Shown here one piece after another: positions 1 to 13,922 of a stretch of DNA of 64,000 nt. The translations under genes were made by a program, and so were the position numbers. Origin of the DNA: an uncultured delta proteobacterium (GTDB taxonomy: Bacteria > Myxococcota_A > Polyangia > Palsa-1104); contig CAWAWS010000022.1 of NCBI GenBank assembly GCA_963785725.1, positions 215,442-279,441 of the forward strand, in the 5' to 3' direction. Each line of letters begins with the position of its first letter. The stretch's first letter is position 1. Below the pieces are notes generated by a model. It worked only from the letters and a program-made list of their open reading frames with translations, did no database searches and was not told where the DNA came from.

Positions 1-388
1 GTGACCTCAGTGAGCGCGGACCGGGTCGTCCACGAATTCTGCCGGCAATCGTGGCTGCAAAATCGTAGCGCCGACCGTCGCGGTCCAGATGCGGGTCGGA
101 GACACTGACGGACAAGTCCATCCCGCAGACCGGTCGACTACATCTGGACGCCCTGACCGCGCAGGATATCGCCACTGACGCGTCGGAGAACGCGAAAAAC
201 ACGCGCATCGGTATCGCGGCCATAGACATGGAACAGGCCTGTGCAAGGCCGTGGGTGCTCCGGACAGCGACGGGAGATCGGATATCGATCTTCCGAAAGG
301 ATAGACCAGAAACGAAAACACCCAGGTCGGAGGGCGACCTGGGTGCTCATTGGGGTGCTCCGGAGGAGGCTGGAGCAGCTAAGTACTT

Positions 389-431
389 GTGTGGCGTGCA
401 GGATTCGGACCTGCGACTTCCACCGTGTGAG
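389..431 (-). repeat. att-site copy 1: 3' half of tRNA-Val(CAC)
   Basis: Minus strand reads CTCACAC GGTGG AAGTC GCAGG TCCGAAT CCTGC ACGCCAC A = anticodon loop, 3' anticodon stem, variable loop, T arm, acceptor 3' strand. One mismatch vs the other two copies. Confidence 0.9.
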
Positions 432-950
432 TTCGCTGAGACCCGTTACGGCGCGTTTCGCGGTGTAGTTCTCGACGACAACATGTGACCGGGCGTTACC
501 TGACCGTCCAGCTCGTTTCGCCCAGGTGGTGGAAAAGTGGTGGGAAGAATCAGCGAGGTCGCGCGGAATATTGCTCCCGTCGGAGCTTCATTCTGAACCG
601 GTGGAAGTCAGCGGGCCGCCGGCGAGCGCGCGGGACGCGGCGACCGATTCCTCGTGCCTGTCGCAGCGATAGTACAGGCGCGCCCAGCCCTTTCGAGTGG
701 CTTTGGCCATCTTGCACGACATCGACGCGCGGCAGGCGCCGCAGTACAAGACTTGCTCGGGGGCTGCACGCGTCGGAATGCGCCTCTGAGCTCGATCCGC
801 TTCCGTAGAACAGAGACGTTATGTGACGTCGACCGACGCAGGATCGCCCCATAGAGGAAAAATCAGAGAGCCAAGGTATTGACTTGATGTGTTTCAAATA
901 TGGCGCAATAGGTGCACGAGCACGCGCCGGCCCCAGGAGGGCCTCTCAAC

Positions 951-1154
951 ATGAAGAACCTCGCGCTCGCGCTTACTGCCTTCGGAATGTTGTCGTCCGG
1001 CCTCGCCTTCGCCGACGAGACGTCGCAAAAGACCGAGACTCACGAGACGGACGGCAAGACCACGACCCGGACCAAGAAGGTCAAGCACAAGGACGACGGT
1101 AAGGGTAACTCGTCCGTCAAAACCGAGACGACCGAGAAGACCGAAGCCAAATAG
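951..1154 (+). CDS. Small secreted Thr/Lys-rich protein
   Basis: AGGAGG upstream; signal peptide MKNLALALTAFGMLSSGLAFA; followed by a terminator. Confidence 0.75.
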   Translation: MKNLALALTAFGMLSSGLAFADETSQKTETHETDGKTTTRTKKVKHKDDGKGNSSVKTETTEKTEAK

Positions 1155-1172
1155 CTCTCGCTCGCATTGCGA

Positions 1173-1210
1173 AATCCCCGTCGGCCTGCGCGACGGGGAT
1201 TTTTCTTTTT
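1173..1210 (+). terminator. Rho-independent terminator
   Basis: AATCCCCGTCG-loop-CGACGGGGATT followed by a T tract. Confidence 0.85.
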
Positions 1211-1328
1211 CGGGCGACGACGAGCGCCAAAGGCGACGTATCCGACGATCGTCCCTTGCGCGCCTGCAAAGGATAAGCACGTTGTCTGCACGTCGAGTCC
1301 CACGCGACGGCGCCGGAAAAGAGGCAAC

Positions 1329-1481
1329 ATGTTACTGGCAATCGCACTAGTCCTGTTCTTGTTGTGGGGCGTCGGCCTCGTCACGTCGTACACGATGGGC
1401 GGGCTGGTTCACCTCCTGCTCGCCGTCGCAGTCATCGCCGTCCTGGTGCACGTCATTCGGGGACCGCGAGCGGGCGCGTGA
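1329..1481 (+). CDS. lmo0937/DUF5670-like small membrane protein
   Basis: MLLAIALVLFLLWGVGLVTSYTMGGLVHLLLAVAVIAVL matches the family pattern (W..G...YT.GG.IH.LL). Confidence 0.8.
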   Translation: MLLAIALVLFLLWGVGLVTSYTMGGLVHLLLAVAVIAVLVHVIRGPRAGA

Positions 1482-1487
1482 CATGAC

Positions 1488-3815
<2,328 letters not shown>

Positions 3816-3837
3816 CGACCCTTCCAGAAGGAGACCC

Positions 3838-4365
3838 ATGGCCAACGTCGCCATCATCGATGACGATCTCGATCTACTCACGCTCTTCCGCCGGCTCATC
3901 GATCCGTTTCACGAAGTGCGCACCTACGCCGATGCGGCGACGGCTTTGTCGGGCGTCAAGGCGAACCGGCCCGACATCGTGCTGCTCGACATCTCACTCG
4001 GCGATGCCGCCGGCGTGGATGGCGTCGACGTGCTGCATCGGCTGCGCGACGAGCCGGGGTGCGAGTCGGTACCGGTCATCGCCGTGACGTCGCACTCCTT
4101 GCGTTCGGAGCGCGCGCACTATCTGGCGGAGGGGTTCACCGACTTCATCGCCAAGCCGCTGGCCGATCACGGCGTGGTCATGTCGGTGATCGAGACGGCG
4201 CTGCGCGGCGAGAGCCTGCCCGAATCCGACGACGATCTCGACGCGACGGCGGCGCCGATGACGCTGGAAGCGGTGGTGACGACGGTGCTCGAGGCGCTCG
4301 AGACCGGCGATGTCGATCGCGCTAAGGCGCTGTTGCGCGGCCTCTTGCCGGCGCCCGCGGGCTAA
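3838..4365 (+). CDS. Response regulator (receiver + short C-terminal helix)
   Basis: IIDDD, PDIVLLDISL, VIAVT and KP receiver motifs; AGGAG RBS. Confidence 0.9.
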   Translation: MANVAIIDDDLDLLTLFRRLIDPFHEVRTYADAATALSGVKANRPDIVLLDISLGDAAGVDGVDVLHRLRDEPGCESVPVIAVTSHSLRSERAHYLAEGFTDFIAKPLADHGVVMSVIETALRGESLPESDDDLDATAAPMTLEAVVTTVLEALETGDVDRAKALLRGLLPAPAG

Positions 4366-4494
4366 ATGGCCAGGCGCGATTCTGGATCGAGCGCGCAAGG
4401 CGCGCGTCGGCCGGGAGTCCGGCCGCGGGGAGGCTCGACGAGCTCAGCTCGTCGAGGGGCGCTTGCGCCCGTCAGATCGAGGCTAAATCAGCGT

Positions 4495-4527
4495 CGATCC
4501 TGCACTGCCAAAGGCAGTGCAGGATCG
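4495..4527. terminator. Perfect 15-bp-stem hairpin between convergent genes
   Basis: CGATCCTGCACTGCC-AAA-GGCAGTGCAGGATCG. Confidence 0.6.
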
Positions 4528-4538
4528 TGCTCGCTGGT

Positions 4539-5624
4539 TTAGAGCGGCTCTTCGCGATACTCGCTGAAGTCGCGCGCATAGATCCGGAGCATCGAGAGAA
4601 AGAAGGCCACGATCAAAGGACCGATCACCATGCCGATCAAGCCGAACATGGCCAGGCCGCCGAGCAGCGAGAGCAACATGAGGCCCGTCGGGATCTTCAC
4701 TTGACCGCGCATGATGATCGTCTTACCCACCTGCTCCAAGCCGACGACGAAAACGAGGCACCAGGCGCCCAACGCAGCGGCGGCGAAGTGGTGCCCGCCG
4801 AGCCACAGCACGCACACGACCGGAAGCCAGATCAGCACGGTGCCGACGAGCGGCACGAACGACGCGACACCGGTGATGAATCCGAAGAAGATGGCGTTGG
4901 GCACTTCGACGAGCGCGTAGCCGATGCCGGCGGCGCTTCCTTGGATGATCGCGGTGGCGGCGATGCTCACCAGCGCCGCCGAGGAGACTTTGCGGATCTC
5001 GACCATCAGCTCCTCGGTCTGCTGCGGGCGCAGCGGCGAGACGCGAAGCAGCCACACCGCCAGGCGCGGTCCGTCGAGCAGGAGAAAATAGAAAGCGGCG
5101 AGCATCACGCACGTGCCGGCCATGATCTGCGACGAGGCTTCGAGCGCCTGCGTGATGCCCTCTTGGGCGCGGCCGCCGTAGCGCGCCACCAGCTCCGCGA
5201 ATTGCGCCGGCGACACGTGGAAAGTGTGGAGCAGCCGCAGCACCGCCTGCTGGTCGGAAGACAGCACCAGCGCCGCCGACTTGGGCGCCGCTGCGGCGTC
5301 GAGCGTGCCGCGCACCAGCGTGATGCCCCTGACGACGTAGCGCGAGGCGAAGGCGCCCGCGGCGATGATCGGCGTGACGATGGTGGCGGCGCTGCCGAGC
5401 GTCAACAAGAGCGCGGCCAGGCCACGCCGGCCGCGCAGCCGCTGCTCGAGACGATAGAGCGCGGGCTGCAGAATGGCCGACATCAAGAGCGCGAGAAACA
5501 GCGGCACGCGAAACGGCCACACGACGTAGAGCATGAGCAGGCTCGCCAGCAGCACCAGCGCGCGCGCCGTCATCAGCGCCGAGCGCGATTGCGTGCGATC
5601 GTCGGGCTCGCGCAGCTTCATCAC
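4539..5624 (-). CDS. AI-2E family transporter
   Basis: Multi-TM protein with family motifs FYFLLDG, SFVPLVGT..IWLP, LGGLAMFGLIGMVIGP. Confidence 0.9.
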   Translation of the reverse strand: MMKLREPDDRTQSRSALMTARALVLLASLLMLYVVWPFRVPLFLALLMSAILQPALYRLEQRLRGRRGLAALLLTLGSAATIVTPIIAAGAFASRYVVRGITLVRGTLDAAAAPKSAALVLSSDQQAVLRLLHTFHVSPAQFAELVARYGGRAQEGITQALEASSQIMAGTCVMLAAFYFLLLDGPRLAVWLLRVSPLRPQQTEELMVEIRKVSSAALVSIAATAIIQGSAAGIGYALVEVPNAIFFGFITGVASFVPLVGTVLIWLPVVCVLWLGGHHFAAAALGAWCLVFVVGLEQVGKTIIMRGQVKIPTGLMLLSLLGGLAMFGLIGMVIGPLIVAFFLSMLRIYARDFSEYREEPL

Positions 5625-5626
5625 GC

Positions 5627-6163
5627 TCAGGCGCCCCGCTTCGGTCGGCTGTCGGCGAGCGCAGCGCGCAGCGCGGCTTGAGCGAGCGCGATCTCGCCGG
5701 CATCGAGCGCGTCGAGCGCGAGGCTGGCCGCGCGTTCGAGCGCCCGGTAGCGCGCCGTCACGTCTTCGGGCGGCGGCGCCTTCGCGTGCAGGCCCTGGCC
5801 GGCGTTGATGAGCAGGCTCACCAGCGTCAAGAGCGACGCGACGTCGACGATGGGCTTGCCGACGAGCGACGTGAAACCTTCGCCGGTCAGCTTGGCGCGC
5901 TCGCTCGCGTTGACGTGGGTGGTGATGGCGATGATGGGCACGTTCCCGAGCGTCGCGTGCTCGCGAATGGCGCGCGCGACCTCGACGCCGCTCATGTCAC
6001 CGAGGTTGATGTCGAGGAGCACGAGATCGGGCGGGTCGCCGAGCAGCCCTTCGAGCGCCGCGCGGCCGGTCGCGTACGACGTCACCAGATGATGCGGCGA
6101 CAGCACCAGGTTGAGAAAGCGCAACACATCGGGATCGTTGTCTATGACGGCGAGCTTTGGCAT
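5627..6163 (-). CDS. Response regulator (paralog of 3838..4365)
   Basis: VIDND, PDLVLLDINL, IIAIT and KP motifs. Confidence 0.88.
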   Translation of the reverse strand: MPKLAVIDNDPDVLRFLNLVLSPHHLVTSYATGRAALEGLLGDPPDLVLLDINLGDMSGVEVARAIREHATLGNVPIIAITTHVNASERAKLTGEGFTSLVGKPIVDVASLLTLVSLLINAGQGLHAKAPPPEDVTARYRALERAASLALDALDAGEIALAQAALRAALADSRPKRGA

Positions 6164-6486
6164 CGCACCTTTCGACTCCGCTCGTACCGCGGTGCGACTC
6201 ACGCGATCGGCGCCGGGTGCGATGCAAGCAACCTAACGATGAACGCCGCTGCCACAAGGTCCGGCGGCGGAATAAATCGGCGCTCGGCCGCGCAGCGGCA
6301 GGATAAGGCGAATCCCACGGCACAAAACGCCTTTCGCTCGACCGCACGCCCACCAAAGGGCCTTTAGCGCGCGCTCGGCGGCGGCGGCTCTTGCGGATCG
6401 GCGCTTCGTAGCTAGGTTGTAGCTCCCGCCTCTCTCTCCGCCCGAGCTTCACTCATCGCGCGACGCGAACGGCTGAACGCCCCCTT

Positions 6487-8568
6487 TTGACCGACGAGGC
6501 CTGCCATGGCGACCACCGGCGACGAAGATCCGCGCGCGATGGGTCGACGCTGACCTTCACGCCGCTCAGCTTTGCGACGCAGCGCCGTCACCGCGGAGGC
6601 GTGCTCGCGGTCGTCGCGCTCGGCCTGTTCTCGGGCTGCGCCGGCGACAAAGCCGAAGGCCGTCCCTGGGTGCACAAGCTGACGCTCTCCGGCGTCAAGA
6701 GCGTCAGCGCCGCCGATCTGAAGAAGAAGCTGTTGACCAGTGAAGCGCATTGGTACGCTAGGCGCAGCTATCTCGATCCCCTCACCGTCGACACGGATCG
6801 TCAGCGCGTCGAGGTCTATTACCAGCAGCACGGCTATTTCGACGCCGCAGTCGTGAGCGCCGCGGTGACGCCTTTTAGCGGCGACGCCGATCAGCCGACC
6901 GCCGTCGACGTCGCGCTGGCCGTGGTCGAAGGCGCCGCCGTGCACATCGCGTCCGTCGACGTGCGCGGGCTCGAGGCGTTGGGCAAGGCGGGCGTGGCGG
7001 CGGCGCGTGAGCTGCACGCGCACCTCTTGGTCGGGGCCGTCTTCGATTACGATCGCTACACCACGGCGAAGACTGCGCTCGAGACGGCGATCCGGCGGCG
7101 CGGCTACGCCTGGGCCAAGGTCGACGGCGTCGCCGACGTCGACCGCGATACGTCGCTGGCGCGCTTCCGGTTCACCGTCACGCCCGGTCCGCGCGCCAGG
7201 TACGGTCAGGTGCGCATCGCCGGCACGGTTCGCGTCGACCCGCGGCTGGTCGCCTTGCACACCGGCATCACCAGCGGGGCGCGCTACAACCCCGACGAGC
7301 TCGAAGACGCGCGCGGTCAGATCTACGCGCTGGGCGTGTTCTCGTCGGTGCAAGTGGTGATCGCGCCGGCGCCCGGACATCCCGACGTGGCCGACGTGAA
7401 CGTGACGGTGCAGGAGACGACGTTCAGCGAGCTGCGCGTCGGCGTCGGCTTCGGGCTCGAGTCACAGCGCACCGACGCGCACGCGTCGCTCACCTACACG
7501 CGCAATAACTGGCTCGGACATCTACGCAGCCTGCGCCTGCGGCTCGAGCCGGCGTGGGTGGCGCTGCCCGCGTTCTGGAACGTGCAGCGTCAAGGTCCGG
7601 CGCTCACCGCCGAGGCGCAGGTCATCCAGCCCGACGTTCCCTGGCCGCTGACCGAGGTCAAGCTGACGCTCGGCTACGACGTGGGCTTCGAGTATCCGTT
7701 CCAGTATTACGGCCCGCGCACGCAGCTGGCGTTATCGCGCGGCTTCTGGCGCGGGCGGGTGCGGCTCGGCCTCTCCTACAACTTTCAGCTGCTGCAATTC
7801 TTCGACGTCGACCCGGCCCTTCTCGCCGATCGGGCGCAGACCGGTCAGCTGTTCGGCTTCGAGAACCCCTATCGTCTCGGCTGGTGGCAGGAAGACTTCG
7901 CGCTCGATCTGCGCGACAAGCCGCTCGACGCGCACAAAGGCGCGTACCTCGGTGTCAGCGTCGAGGAAGGTGGCGTCTACGCCGGCGGCGCGTTCCTCTA
8001 CGAGAAGGTCGTTCCCGATGCGCGCGGCTATATCCCGCTCGGCAGCCGCGTCACCCTCGCCTTGCGCGTGCAGTTCGGCCAGATTTACACACAGGGCGAC
8101 CTCGGCAGCCCGGTCACGCGCCGCTTCTACCTCGGCGGTCCCGACTCGCATCGCGGCTTCAATTACGATCGCTTGTCGCGCCAGGTGCCGTCGGGGATCG
8201 TCGGCGTCGCGCCCATCCCTATCGGCGGCGACCAGATGTTGCTGGCGCAGTCGGAGGTGCGCGTCGACCTCTTCAACATCGCCGGCAACTGGCTCGCCAT
8301 CGCCGGCTTCGTCGACGGTGGTGACGTGGGCGCGCCCTCGTGCTCGACGGCGCAGTGCCGCGCGCTCTACCACGACACCAGCGTCGACCTCACCGACTTG
8401 CACTGGGCCGCGGGCGGCGGCGTGCGCTTCAAGACGATCATCGGAACCCTCCGCTTCGACGTCGGGGTGCGCCTCAACCGCCTCGCGGCGATGGAGGCCA
8501 ACGGCACACCCAACCCCGATCCCGGCCAGCGCATGGCCTATCACCTGTCGGTCGGCGAGGCATTTTGA
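6487..8568 (+). CDS. tamA: BamA/TamA (Omp85) family outer-membrane protein
   Basis: POTRA-like segments (YYQQHGYFDA, GYAWAKV); RFYLGG..HRGF; C-terminal VGEAF; adjacent TamB-like gene. Start uncertain. Confidence 0.85.
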   Translation: MTDEACHGDHRRRRSARDGSTLTFTPLSFATQRRHRGGVLAVVALGLFSGCAGDKAEGRPWVHKLTLSGVKSVSAADLKKKLLTSEAHWYARRSYLDPLTVDTDRQRVEVYYQQHGYFDAAVVSAAVTPFSGDADQPTAVDVALAVVEGAAVHIASVDVRGLEALGKAGVAAARELHAHLLVGAVFDYDRYTTAKTALETAIRRRGYAWAKVDGVADVDRDTSLARFRFTVTPGPRARYGQVRIAGTVRVDPRLVALHTGITSGARYNPDELEDARGQIYALGVFSSVQVVIAPAPGHPDVADVNVTVQETTFSELRVGVGFGLESQRTDAHASLTYTRNNWLGHLRSLRLRLEPAWVALPAFWNVQRQGPALTAEAQVIQPDVPWPLTEVKLTLGYDVGFEYPFQYYGPRTQLALSRGFWRGRVRLGLSYNFQLLQFFDVDPALLADRAQTGQLFGFENPYRLGWWQEDFALDLRDKPLDAHKGAYLGVSVEEGGVYAGGAFLYEKVVPDARGYIPLGSRVTLALRVQFGQIYTQGDLGSPVTRRFYLGGPDSHRGFNYDRLSRQVPSGIVGVAPIPIGGDQMLLAQSEVRVDLFNIAGNWLAIAGFVDGGDVGAPSCSTAQCRALYHDTSVDLTDLHWAAGGGVRFKTIIGTLRFDVGVRLNRLAAMEANGTPNPDPGQRMAYHLSVGEAF

Positions 8569-11500
8569 AGCGGCTGACGCGCGTGCTCGGCTGGACGGCG
8601 CTGGCGCTGATCGCGACGGCGCTCATCGGCCGTGCTGGCGATCGCGCTGTGGGCGCGCTCACCGTCGGGACGGCGCGCGATCTTGGCGCGCGTCTTGTCG
8701 GCGGCGCGCGATCGGCTCGACGGCAACCTGCGCATCGGCGCGCTCGACGGCAACCTCATTCACACGCTGGTGCTGCGCGACGTCGAGCTGCGCGACGCGG
8801 AGGGTCAGCCGGCGCTGCGTATCGCGCGGCTGTCGGTGTCGTACGAGCTGAGCGGGCTATTGCGTCACGCGCTCGTCATCGAGGAGCTGAACGTCGACGG
8901 CGCGGTCGTGCACGGACGCTCCCTCGGCGACCGGCGCTTCAATCTGGCGGCGCTGATCAAGCCGTCGCCGGCACGACCGTCGCGCGTCGAGACGCCCTAC
9001 GCGATCGCCATTCGCCGGCTGCGCGCCGACATCGCGCTCGTCTACGATCCGCCGGGCGGCAAGGCGTGGATGCGCACCATCGCCGGGACGGTGCGGCTCG
9101 ACGCCAGCGCCAGCAGCCGCGGCGATCGGCGCACGCTCGTGGTGACGGCGCTGGCGGTGCGCATGACGCTGCCGGTGATCGTCGCGGCCGACGTCAGCGG
9201 CGCGTTCGCCGACGGGCCGGAAGGAGCGACGCTCGGGTCGCTGCATGTAACGGCCGACACCATCGGCGACGAGATGGAGAAGCTGGCGGCGGTGGTAACG
9301 GCGCGCGGCGCCTGGCATGCCGACGTGCGCGCAAAGGGTGCGTTGGGCGCGATGGCGGTCGACGTCGCGGTCACGCCACCGACGGGATCGATCGCGGCGC
9401 ACGGCACCGTCGGCGTCACCGGGCGCGGGGCGACGTGGCGCGGCGCAGCGACGGTGCGCGGCCTCGATCCGGCGACGCTCTGGCGCGGCTTGCCGCACGG
9501 GCTCATCGCGTTCGACGGCGACGGCGACGGCGAGAACGCGCGCGTGCGCACGACGCTGACGCACTTTCACGCCGACCTCGCCGGTGCGCAGGTGACTGCG
9601 ACGGGTCAGCTCACGTATCAGCATGGGCTGGCGCTGACCATCGCCGCCGACGCGCGCACGCGCGATCTCTCGCGTCTGCGTGCGCTCGGCGTGGCGGGCT
9701 TGACGGGCGTGGCGCAGGTGCACGGCACGGTCGCGCGCGCCGCCGGCCGCTGGCAGCTCGACGCCGACGTCGACGCGCGTCGCCTCGCCGCCGCGACGAC
9801 ACGGCTGGCCCGGCTCGCGGTGGCGCTCCATGCCACCCTAGCGCAAGGCGATCTGCAAGGCTCGGCGCGGGCGCAGGCGAGCGCCCTCGACGTCGGCCCG
9901 CGGCTGCGCTTCGACGGCGCGACGGCAGCGCTCGAGTGGGCGCCACGCGCGGTGACGCTGTCGGTCGCGGCCCGCGGTCCGCGCGGCGCCGACGTGGAGA
10001 TCGCGGCGCACGGCAGGCGACTGCGCGACGAAGGCGCGTTCGCCGTCGACCTCGCGCTCGATCGGGTGCGCATCGCCGTCGCCGGCGCCGCGTGGGAGAC
10101 GCGCCGCGCCGGCCACGTTCGCTACGGCGGGCGCGCTCTCGCGGCGCGCCTGCAGCTCGGCGACGGCGAGCAGCGGCTCGAGCTCGACGGCGCCTACGCG
10201 ATGAACGGCGAAACGCGCGTGCGGCTCGGCGGCCACAACCTCGACGTGCCGGCGCTGGCGCGGCTGGCGCAGCTCGATCGCGCGCTGCCGCCGGGCAGGC
10301 TCGATCTCGACGCGACGATGCGCGGCACGACGGCTGAGCCCATCTTCGATGTCGCGCTGACGGGATCGATCGCAGCCGATCGTGCGCTCGCCGTCGGGCG
10401 CGCGACCTACGACGTCAAAGGCCACTACGCGAACGACAACGTGGCCGGCGCGCTCAGCGTCTCAGCGTTGCCGATGGCGCGGCTGGCGCCGTTCTTGCCG
10501 CCGTCGCTGCGCACGCTGAGCGGCAGCCTCGACGGCAAGGTGACGATCGCCGGCACGCGCCGGGCCCCCGACGTGACGGTCGCCGTCACATCGACGCATT
10601 GGCAATGGAACACGCTGAACGCGAACGGGACGCGGCTCGACGCGCGCTACGCCGGTCATCGCCTGGAGGCCAAGTTGTCGAGCGCGTTCGCCGACGCGAC
10701 GGGCCCGGCCGGCGCCGTCGAGGTCGAGCTGCTCGCGCCCATCGATCTCACGCTCACGCGCGACGTCGGCCGGCTGGTCGAGCGGCTGGTGCACACCACG
10801 CCCATCACCGTCGCCGTTCACCTGCACGCGCTCGACCTGCAGCGGCTGCCGCTCGACGAGCTCGGCCTGCGGCGGCTGGTCACGACCGGGATCGTCGACG
10901 GCGAGTTGACGCTCGCGGGCACGCTGCACGAGCCGACGCTGACGGCGACCGTGCAGGCGCGCCGGCTCACCGTCGACGGCATCGCGGCCATCGATCTGAC
11001 GCTGCACACCGACTATCGGCGCGCGCACCTCGGCCTCGGGCTGACCGTCGACCTGCAAGGCGCGCGACTCGTGACCGCCGACGCCGAGACGCCGCTCGAT
11101 TTCCACCAGCTCATCGACGGTGGCCGCTGGCAGGATGCGGCGCTGCGTGCCGATGCGACCATCGCGCGCTTCGATCTCTCGCGTTGGCAGCCGTTGCACG
11201 GCGCGCTCACGTTGCACGCGCATGTCGGCGGCACGCTGGCCAAGCCCGCAGGCGACCTCGACTTCGACGTCGCCGAGCTCGGCATCAGCGAGCTGCGCTT
11301 CGTTCGCTTCGCCGGCGTGGGCCATCACGACGCGCAACAGACGCGCATCAGCCTCGACGCCGTGCAGAAGGACGGCGGCACGCTGCACGCGAGCGGCGCG
11401 CTCGACGCGGGCTCGCGCGTCGCGGCGCGGCTGCAGGTAGCGCGGCTGTCGCTGTCGCTGGGCAAGGATGGGCTCGGTCCCTTGCGCGAGCTGCGCGGCG

Positions 11501-12735
11501 TGGTCGCGGCCGATGTGACGGTGAGCGGCACCTTGGCGCAGCCGCGCGCGTCGGGCTCGCTCACCATCGACGGCGGCGCGTTGGCGTTGCGCGCGCAGCC
11601 GCTCGTCTATCGCGATCTGACGCTGGCGCTGACGGCGACCGGCGATCGGCTCGAGCTGCGCCGGCTCGCCGTCAAAGTGGGCAACGGCAGCCTCGACGCC
11701 AGAGGCGGCGCGCGGCTCGACGGCTTGACCGCGCCGCTCGGCGTCGACGTGACCGCGACGGCGGCGCGCCTTCCCGTGCGGCTCGGCAGCATCGCGGCCT
11801 TCGTCGACGGGCGAGTGACGCTGCACGGCCGGCGCGATCACGGCGTCTTGGCGCTGACGGCGACGGTGAACGACGGCCTGGCGCAGCTGCCCCGCATCGT
11901 CGACGGCAAGCGCACGCAGTCGCTGGCGCCGATGCCCGACGTCGTCTTCAGCGATCGCGCCGAGCGGCGCCGTGTCGAAGCGGCGCGCCGACCGCGCACC
12001 GGCCCGCCCCTGCGCGCGTCGCTCGCGGCGCACATACCGGGCCCCTTTCGCCTGCGCTCGAGCGAGCTCGGCACCGATCTCGAGGGCGATCTCGACGTGG
12101 CGGTCGTGGGCCAGGACGTGCGCGTCAGCGGCGCCATCGCCTCGAGCTGGGGACGCATCGATCTGCTCGGCCGACGCTACGAGATCGAGCGCGTGCGCCT
12201 GCGCTTCGACGGCGCGCCCAAGACCGATCCCGCGCTCGACATCGTCATCAAGCGCGCCGTCGGCGACGCCATGGTGATCATCCGCCTGCGCGGCACGCTC
12301 GACCACCCCGAGCTCGAGCTCTCGTCCGAGCCGCCCGTCTACAACCGGTCGCAGATCATCGGCATCATCGTCTCGGGCGATCCCGGCTCGACGCGCATCT
12401 CTTCCGCCAGCGATCAGACCATCGTCGGCGCCATCTCCGGCGTGCTCGTCAACCAGCTCCGCAGTCAGATCGCGCCCGGCCTGCCCATCGACGTCATCCG
12501 CATCGACAGCGACAGCGCGCTCGCCGGCACGTCGCGGCTCGAGGTCGGCAAGTACCTCACGCAGAGCATCTACCTCAGCTACCTGCACCAGTTCGGCACG
12601 CCGAGCGGGCTCCATCCCGTCAACGCCAACGAAGCGCAGCTGCAGTATCGCTTCCTGCGCCATTACCAGGTCGAGACCAAGTTCGGCGACGCGGGCGTCG
12701 GTGCGGTCAACTTCTACTGGTCGCGGCGCTACTGA
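8565..12735 (+). CDS. tamB: TamB-like translocation and assembly module protein (+1 frameshift near 8630)
   Basis: Long beta-taco-like repeats (GTLxxP); C-terminal LEVGKYLTQSIYLSY...WSRRY. The N-terminal anchor MKRLTRVLGW.. starts at TTG 8565 in another frame; the main ORF is 8632..12735. Confidence 0.85.
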
Positions 12736-13104
12736 GGCGTACCGTGTTTGCGCCGCGGCGCGCGCGACTGCCGCGCTTCTGGCTCCTGGCCGCGTGTGTC
12801 TTCGCGTTGCTCTTGTCGGCCCGAGCCCGCCGCGGCTCGCACATTGCGTCGGCCGCTCGCTTCGCGGACCAGCACACGGGCGAGCCGACGCTGGTGCGCG
12901 AGCTGTGGAACGAAGTCCCTGAGAAGTCGCTGCTCATTTTCGAGCGGAATTTCCGGATGAAACGAGTGCTCCTCTTGCGGATTCGGCAGCCGGACCTACA
13001 ACATATTCTCCCCGGAAGTGCCTCGACCTGCGTCACCGTCGGTGACGTAGCTACTTCGTCCGCAGCTTTCCCAAGAAGCGACAGTCAACGGAAAGCGTGC
13101 TGCG

Positions 13105-13686
13105 ATGGCGTATCGTATCCTTTTAACGGTGTTCGTTTTGGTGTGCGCGACGAGTCATGCATCGGCGCACAGGCATCATCGCGCCGTTGCCGCGATCCAG
13201 CTCCGGGATCGCACCACGCCGTCGAGCAACGATGGCGCGAAGATCGATGCGGCCACCGGCACCGCGTTCGCGGTCGCGCCGCCTTCGAAGGTTGCGCCGA
13301 CGTTTGTGGAGGCCCATTCGGCCCGCGTCGAAAACGACCTCATGTTGTTCAAGCCGACGCTCGTCGGCATCGCGCCGCTCGGACGCTCGCGCAACGCAGA
13401 GCTCGTGACCCAGGCGCCGAAGAGGGAGTCATTCCGATTCGTAGCTCCGGCCGAGGCTGCCGACGCGCTCGAAGTGCGGCGCGATCGCGATCGGTTGCTC
13501 TTGTTTCGTGGACCGCAGGCTCAAGGCGGGTCAGTCGCAGTCGGACTCGCGATGTTCATCGCGACGACGATTTCGTCCGCGCATGCGCCGCGGCCGTTGC
13601 GCGTCGTCTTCGATGGGCCCGTTCATCTCGGTCCCGCCATCTTCGACGGCGGCGGGATGGGAGCCGGCATCGCTGGACGCTTGTAA
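13105..13686 (+). CDS. Hypothetical secreted protein
   Basis: Signal-peptide-like N-terminus; GC-typical codon use. Confidence 0.55.
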   Translation: MAYRILLTVFVLVCATSHASAHRHHRAVAAIQLRDRTTPSSNDGAKIDAATGTAFAVAPPSKVAPTFVEAHSARVENDLMLFKPTLVGIAPLGRSRNAELVTQAPKRESFRFVAPAEAADALEVRRDRDRLLLFRGPQAQGGSVAVGLAMFIATTISSAHAPRPLRVVFDGPVHLGPAIFDGGGMGAGIAGRL

Positions 13687-13922
13687 TTTTTCGATCCACC
13701 GGTTCGGCACGACGCCGAACACGGCGCACTCTGCAGCCACGCTTCGGCACCGCCCTTGTGTTTGCCGACTACAAGGAATTCAAAGGAACCGTCTTCTTCG
13801 GCACCTATCTCGAGTCGACGCGCATCGCGCGCGTGCCGACCTCAGCGCTGCCGATCGGGCGGCCTGAGACTTGCTTCGGGATGGGCGGCTACGTTCTCGA
13901 ACTCAAACTGGAGGATCTCTCG

